Positions 61,298 to 64,000 of a DNA stretch of 64,000 bases are shown in pieces. Made by a program: the position numbers and the translations under genes. Under the pieces are notes generated by a model. The model was given only the letters and a program-made list of their open reading frames with translations, ran no database searches and was not told the DNA's origin. Origin of the DNA: Alphaproteobacteria bacterium (GTDB taxonomy: Bacteria; Pseudomonadota; Alphaproteobacteria; Bin95); assembly GCA_964291285.2 (NCBI GenBank), contig OZ219787.1, positions 704,001 to 768,000 of the forward strand, in the 5' to 3' direction. Every line of letters begins with the position of its first letter. Within the stretch, counting starts at the first letter, position 1.

Positions 61298-64000
61298 ATG
61301 GATAATCAACACATTGATGACGATCCCCATGCTACAGGCGATATCGAACAATTCGAGGGATTCGGACCGTCAGGAGGAAACCCGGGGGTCGATGAGCTGG
61401 ACCCCCACGACCGGGACGATATCGACCCCGCCGACCGCGCCATCAGCTCCGGCGACTGGATGAACCAGGCCCGCCTGTTCGGCCTCGGGCCCGCGCGCGG
61501 CGAGCCGGATACCCGCGCCATCTACGACCAGGACGACGCCCACACGGCCGTCGAAGAGGTCCTCAACATCATCGCGACCAGGATCGCGCCGGACGGATCG
61601 GCCCTCGCCGGCGACCGCGGCGAGCTCCTCTACGGCTTCGTCCACGTCCTCAACGCACAGGCGGAGCGGCTGCACAAGCGCGTCGACAGCATGACCCGCG
61701 AGCTTCGGGAGCTCATCCATGCCCAGGACGGCTCCGAGGTCCGCGACACCGAACTGTCGGACAAGACCGAAGAGGCCCGCAGCCTCCATGACCGCGCCCT
61801 TGCCTTCGACCGCCTCACCAACACCGCCTCCATCTCGTACGAGAACCTCACCGGCCTTACCTGGCGCGCACGCGAGGCCCACAAGTCGACCTTTTCTCTG
61901 ACCGAGCCCTCCCGCGCGCCAACGGTCTCGCTCGCCGACCACCTGAATGCCCGCACCTGGCTGGAACGCTCCCAGGGCACCCGGATCGCCGTCGTCTCCG
62001 GCCAGCGCCCCGGACGGGCCCTCGTCTGGGGAACCCTCTCGCGCCTTCTGAAGGAACATCCCGACCTCGTCGTCGTCACGGGCGGCAACAAGAACGGCGC
62101 CGACCGCGATGCCCAGGAATGGGCCACCCACTACGACGTCCCGCTCAACGTCGTGAAACCCGACTTCGACGCCCCCGACTTCAACGCCGAACTCAGGGCC
62201 CGCAACACCCGCATCGTCCACCATATGGGCGAGAAGGGCCTGAAGGAGGACGGCGCGGCGATAAACGGCCTCCTCGTCTTCCCCGGCGCCCGGACCGGCG
62301 TGCCGGGCGATCTCGTCGCCAAGGCCCGGGCCGCCCGCGTCCCCATCGCGGAGATCGAAAACGCCGCCCAGCTCCATGCCGGCCGCGGCCGCCTGATGCC
62401 GGGCTATACCCTCGACCACAACGAGTTCCGTCAGGAACCCGACGCCGGCGACGCGGACCCGGGCCGCGGCGAGCGCCGCACGACCCGCGCCGCCACTGCC
62501 GCCGGCGCTGCCGATCCCGAGCGCACTCGCACGTTCGCGGACCCCAGGGACACCCTGGCCTTCGCCGTGAACCTCCTGGCCGAGAGGGTCACCGCCGACG
62601 GCTACCAGCTGAACGATGAACGCGAAAAGCTGCTCTGGGGCGTGGGCAATGTCTTCTACAAGCAGTTGCAACGCCTCAATACCGAAGCGAAGGCCGCCGT
62701 CTCGGATACCGACCTCGCGCCCGAGACCAGGGACGCGCTCGCCCGCGACTACGATAACCGCCGCGATGCCCTCGGGGCGCTTTTCCAGGAAGCGCGCACG
62801 ATCTACGCCCGCGAAGCCCGGCAGCCCTGGAACGCGGACGGCTACGCCAGGCTCGACCACACCCACACGCTCGCCACCCTCGAAGCCGAGAGCTTCCTGA
62901 AGCAGGTCCAGCAGCACCGCCACGAAGCGATCTACCGCGACGGACAGTATGTCGTCGCCGCCGGCGGCGCCCTGGCGCCCGAACAGGAAGAGGCACACCG
63001 CCCCGTAGTCGACCGCTATCTCGACAAGGTGCTCGCCACATACCCCGACACGGTCCTGGTCCATGGCGGAAACGACAAGGGCTACGACAGGCTCTTCGCC
63101 GAATGGGCCGCACGCAACGACGTCCCCCAGATCGCCGCGCAGCCGGAATGGGGCCCGCACGCCCAGGGCAAGGCCCCCATCATGCGCAACGAGAAGATCT
63201 TCGACAAACTGGCCATCAAGGGCCTCGTCGCCTTCGGATCCAGGGGCGCGATCCTCGAGGACATGATCCAGCGCGCCGGAAAGGCGACCTGGCACATCGA
63301 TCCCGCCGCCGAAATCGCCAACCTCCCCAAGCCGGTCCTTCACCCCGATCCCGACGGCACCTGGGAGAAGATCAAGGCGGACCACACCACCATCTTCCGG
63401 GCCGCCGGGAACCAGCCGCACCTTCTCCCCTACCAGGAAGGCTTCGACGACTTTCGCGGGCTCCTCAAGACCGCGATCGACACCGGGAACCACCCGGAGC
63501 ACCACGGAGCCCGCCTCCGGAAACTCCAGGACGATCTCGATATCCAGGCCGAACGCCGCGATACCGTCCTGCGCCTCCAGGACCGCGTCGAGCACCTTTC
63601 GGAACGGCTGGATGACCTGAAGGGGTGGGTGGAAGCCGAGCCCGGGCGCCCGGTCGAGCTCGCCCCGGGCTTCACCGCCTGGCTCAGGGACCGCGACGCC
63701 ACCGTCGCCCAGTGGAACAACGCAACCCGGAACCCCGAGCTGCAGGACCATCTCCCCCGGATCGACCCGGACGCCATCCACGCGCAGGTCGATCGCTTCG
63801 CCAATCCCGACCTGCCGGCGCTCTTCCACCCCCGGCTGGAGACCGGCAACACGCATGTCGAGCGCGTCAACAACCTCTACGAGCATGCGCTCGCCTTCGT
63901 CGACCGCGACCCGAACCTGGTCGCCTACTCGCCGCATTTCGAGGAACTGCGCGATACCGTGAAGCAGGTCGCCGGCGAACTCGTCTCGCAGCCCGACCAG
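61298..64000 (+). CDS. Large tandem DUF2493 (YspA/SLOG-like) protein, 3'-truncated by window
   Basis: Frame appears open for about 900 codons to the edge (absent from the ORF track); two modules: HPDLVVVTGG.KNGADRDA.EWA..DVP and YPDTVLVHGG.DKGYD..AEWAARNDVPQ..P.W..KAP.MRN. Confidence 0.85.
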   Translation, partial: MDNQHIDDDPHATGDIEQFEGFGPSGGNPGVDELDPHDRDDIDPADRAISSGDWMNQARLFGLGPARGEPDTRAIYDQDDAHTAVEEVLNIIATRIAPDGSALAGDRGELLYGFVHVLNAQAERLHKRVDSMTRELRELIHAQDGSEVRDTELSDKTEEARSLHDRALAFDRLTNTASISYENLTGLTWRAREAHKSTFSLTEPSRAPTVSLADHLNARTWLERSQGTRIAVVSGQRPGRALVWGTLSRLLKEHPDLVVVTGGNKNGADRDAQEWATHYDVPLNVVKPDFDAPDFNAELRARNTRIVHHMGEKGLKEDGAAINGLLVFPGARTGVPGDLVAKARAARVPIAEIENAAQLHAGRGRLMPGYTLDHNEFRQEPDAGDADPGRGERRTTRAATAAGAADPERTRTFADPRDTLAFAVNLLAERVTADGYQLNDEREKLLWGVGNVFYKQLQRLNTEAKAAVSDTDLAPETRDALARDYDNRRDALGALFQEARTIYAREARQPWNADGYARLDHTHTLATLEAESFLKQVQQHRHEAIYRDGQYVVAAGGALAPEQEEAHRPVVDRYLDKVLATYPDTVLVHGGNDKGYDRLFAEWAARNDVPQIAAQPEWGPHAQGKAPIMRNEKIFDKLAIKGLVAFGSRGAILEDMIQRAGKATWHIDPAAEIANLPKPVLHPDPDGTWEKIKADHTTIFRAAGNQPHLLPYQEGFDDFRGLLKTAIDTGNHPEHHGARLRKLQDDLDIQAERRDTVLRLQDRVEHLSERLDDLKGWVEAEPGRPVELAPGFTAWLRDRDATVAQWNNATRNPELQDHLPRIDPDAIHAQVDRFANPDLPALFHPRLETGNTHVERVNNLYEHALAFVDRDPNLVAYSPHFEELRDTVKQVAGELVSQPDQ

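Larger units (their letters stand above)
16841..64000. mobile_element. Integrated plasmid-like element / genomic island (right end outside the window)
   Basis: Abrupt switch from housekeeping genes to repC/parA/parB, nrdJ, serine recombinase and leading-region-type genes; starts inside a truncated host gene; holds all IS copies in the window. Confidence 0.8.

Noticed and set aside
61370-63937. 855-aa minus-strand ORF
   Set aside because: Antisense shadow of the DUF2493-like gene on +; no recognisable motifs.
16841-64000. Prophage interpretation (nrdJ, Gp37/Gp68-like, methylase, recombinase)
   Set aside because: No terminase, capsid, tail or lysis genes are visible; repC/par and leading-region genes fit a plasmid/ICE-like element better.

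Overview
GC-rich alphaproteobacterial DNA, probably Rhodospirillales-like (inferred), in two parts. Positions 1 to about 16,840 are host chromosome: 3' holA, a minus-strand tRNA-His/NUDIX/nnr/malonyl-CoA decarboxylase/tpiA run, a repeat-rich non-coding gap, an aminotransferase, sigma54-type glnB-glnA, acyl-CoA ligase, phnM-like, two LLM/F420-type oxidoreductases, an SDR and a membrane adenylate cyclase. At about 16,840 a MaoC/FAS1-like dehydratase gene is cut off and a plasmid-like integrated element of more than 47 kb begins and runs off the right edge. Its left end is an unusual replication/partition module: a candidate antisense RNA, repC, a second compact repC-like gene, parA and four ParB-derived genes (two full-length, two fragments), with paired 29-bp palindromes that recur as a half-site 38 kb away. 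It also carries class II RNR (nrdJ), a secreted nuclease, a Gp37/Gp68-like gene, a large serine recombinase, HU, a leading-region-like block (long ParB, GHKL ATPase, RadC, C5 methylase, DUF433/PIN pair, strawberry-notch helicase) and a tandem DUF2493/SLOG-like protein. Six insertions could be resolved at base level, each splitting a gene: IS1634 (with IS256 nested inside it), IS1595, IS1380, an RIT trio with 86-bp inverted repeats plus a 32-bp palindrome, and a four-gene IS21-like element carrying a toprim-like passenger. All family calls come from motif recognition by eye; no searches were run.
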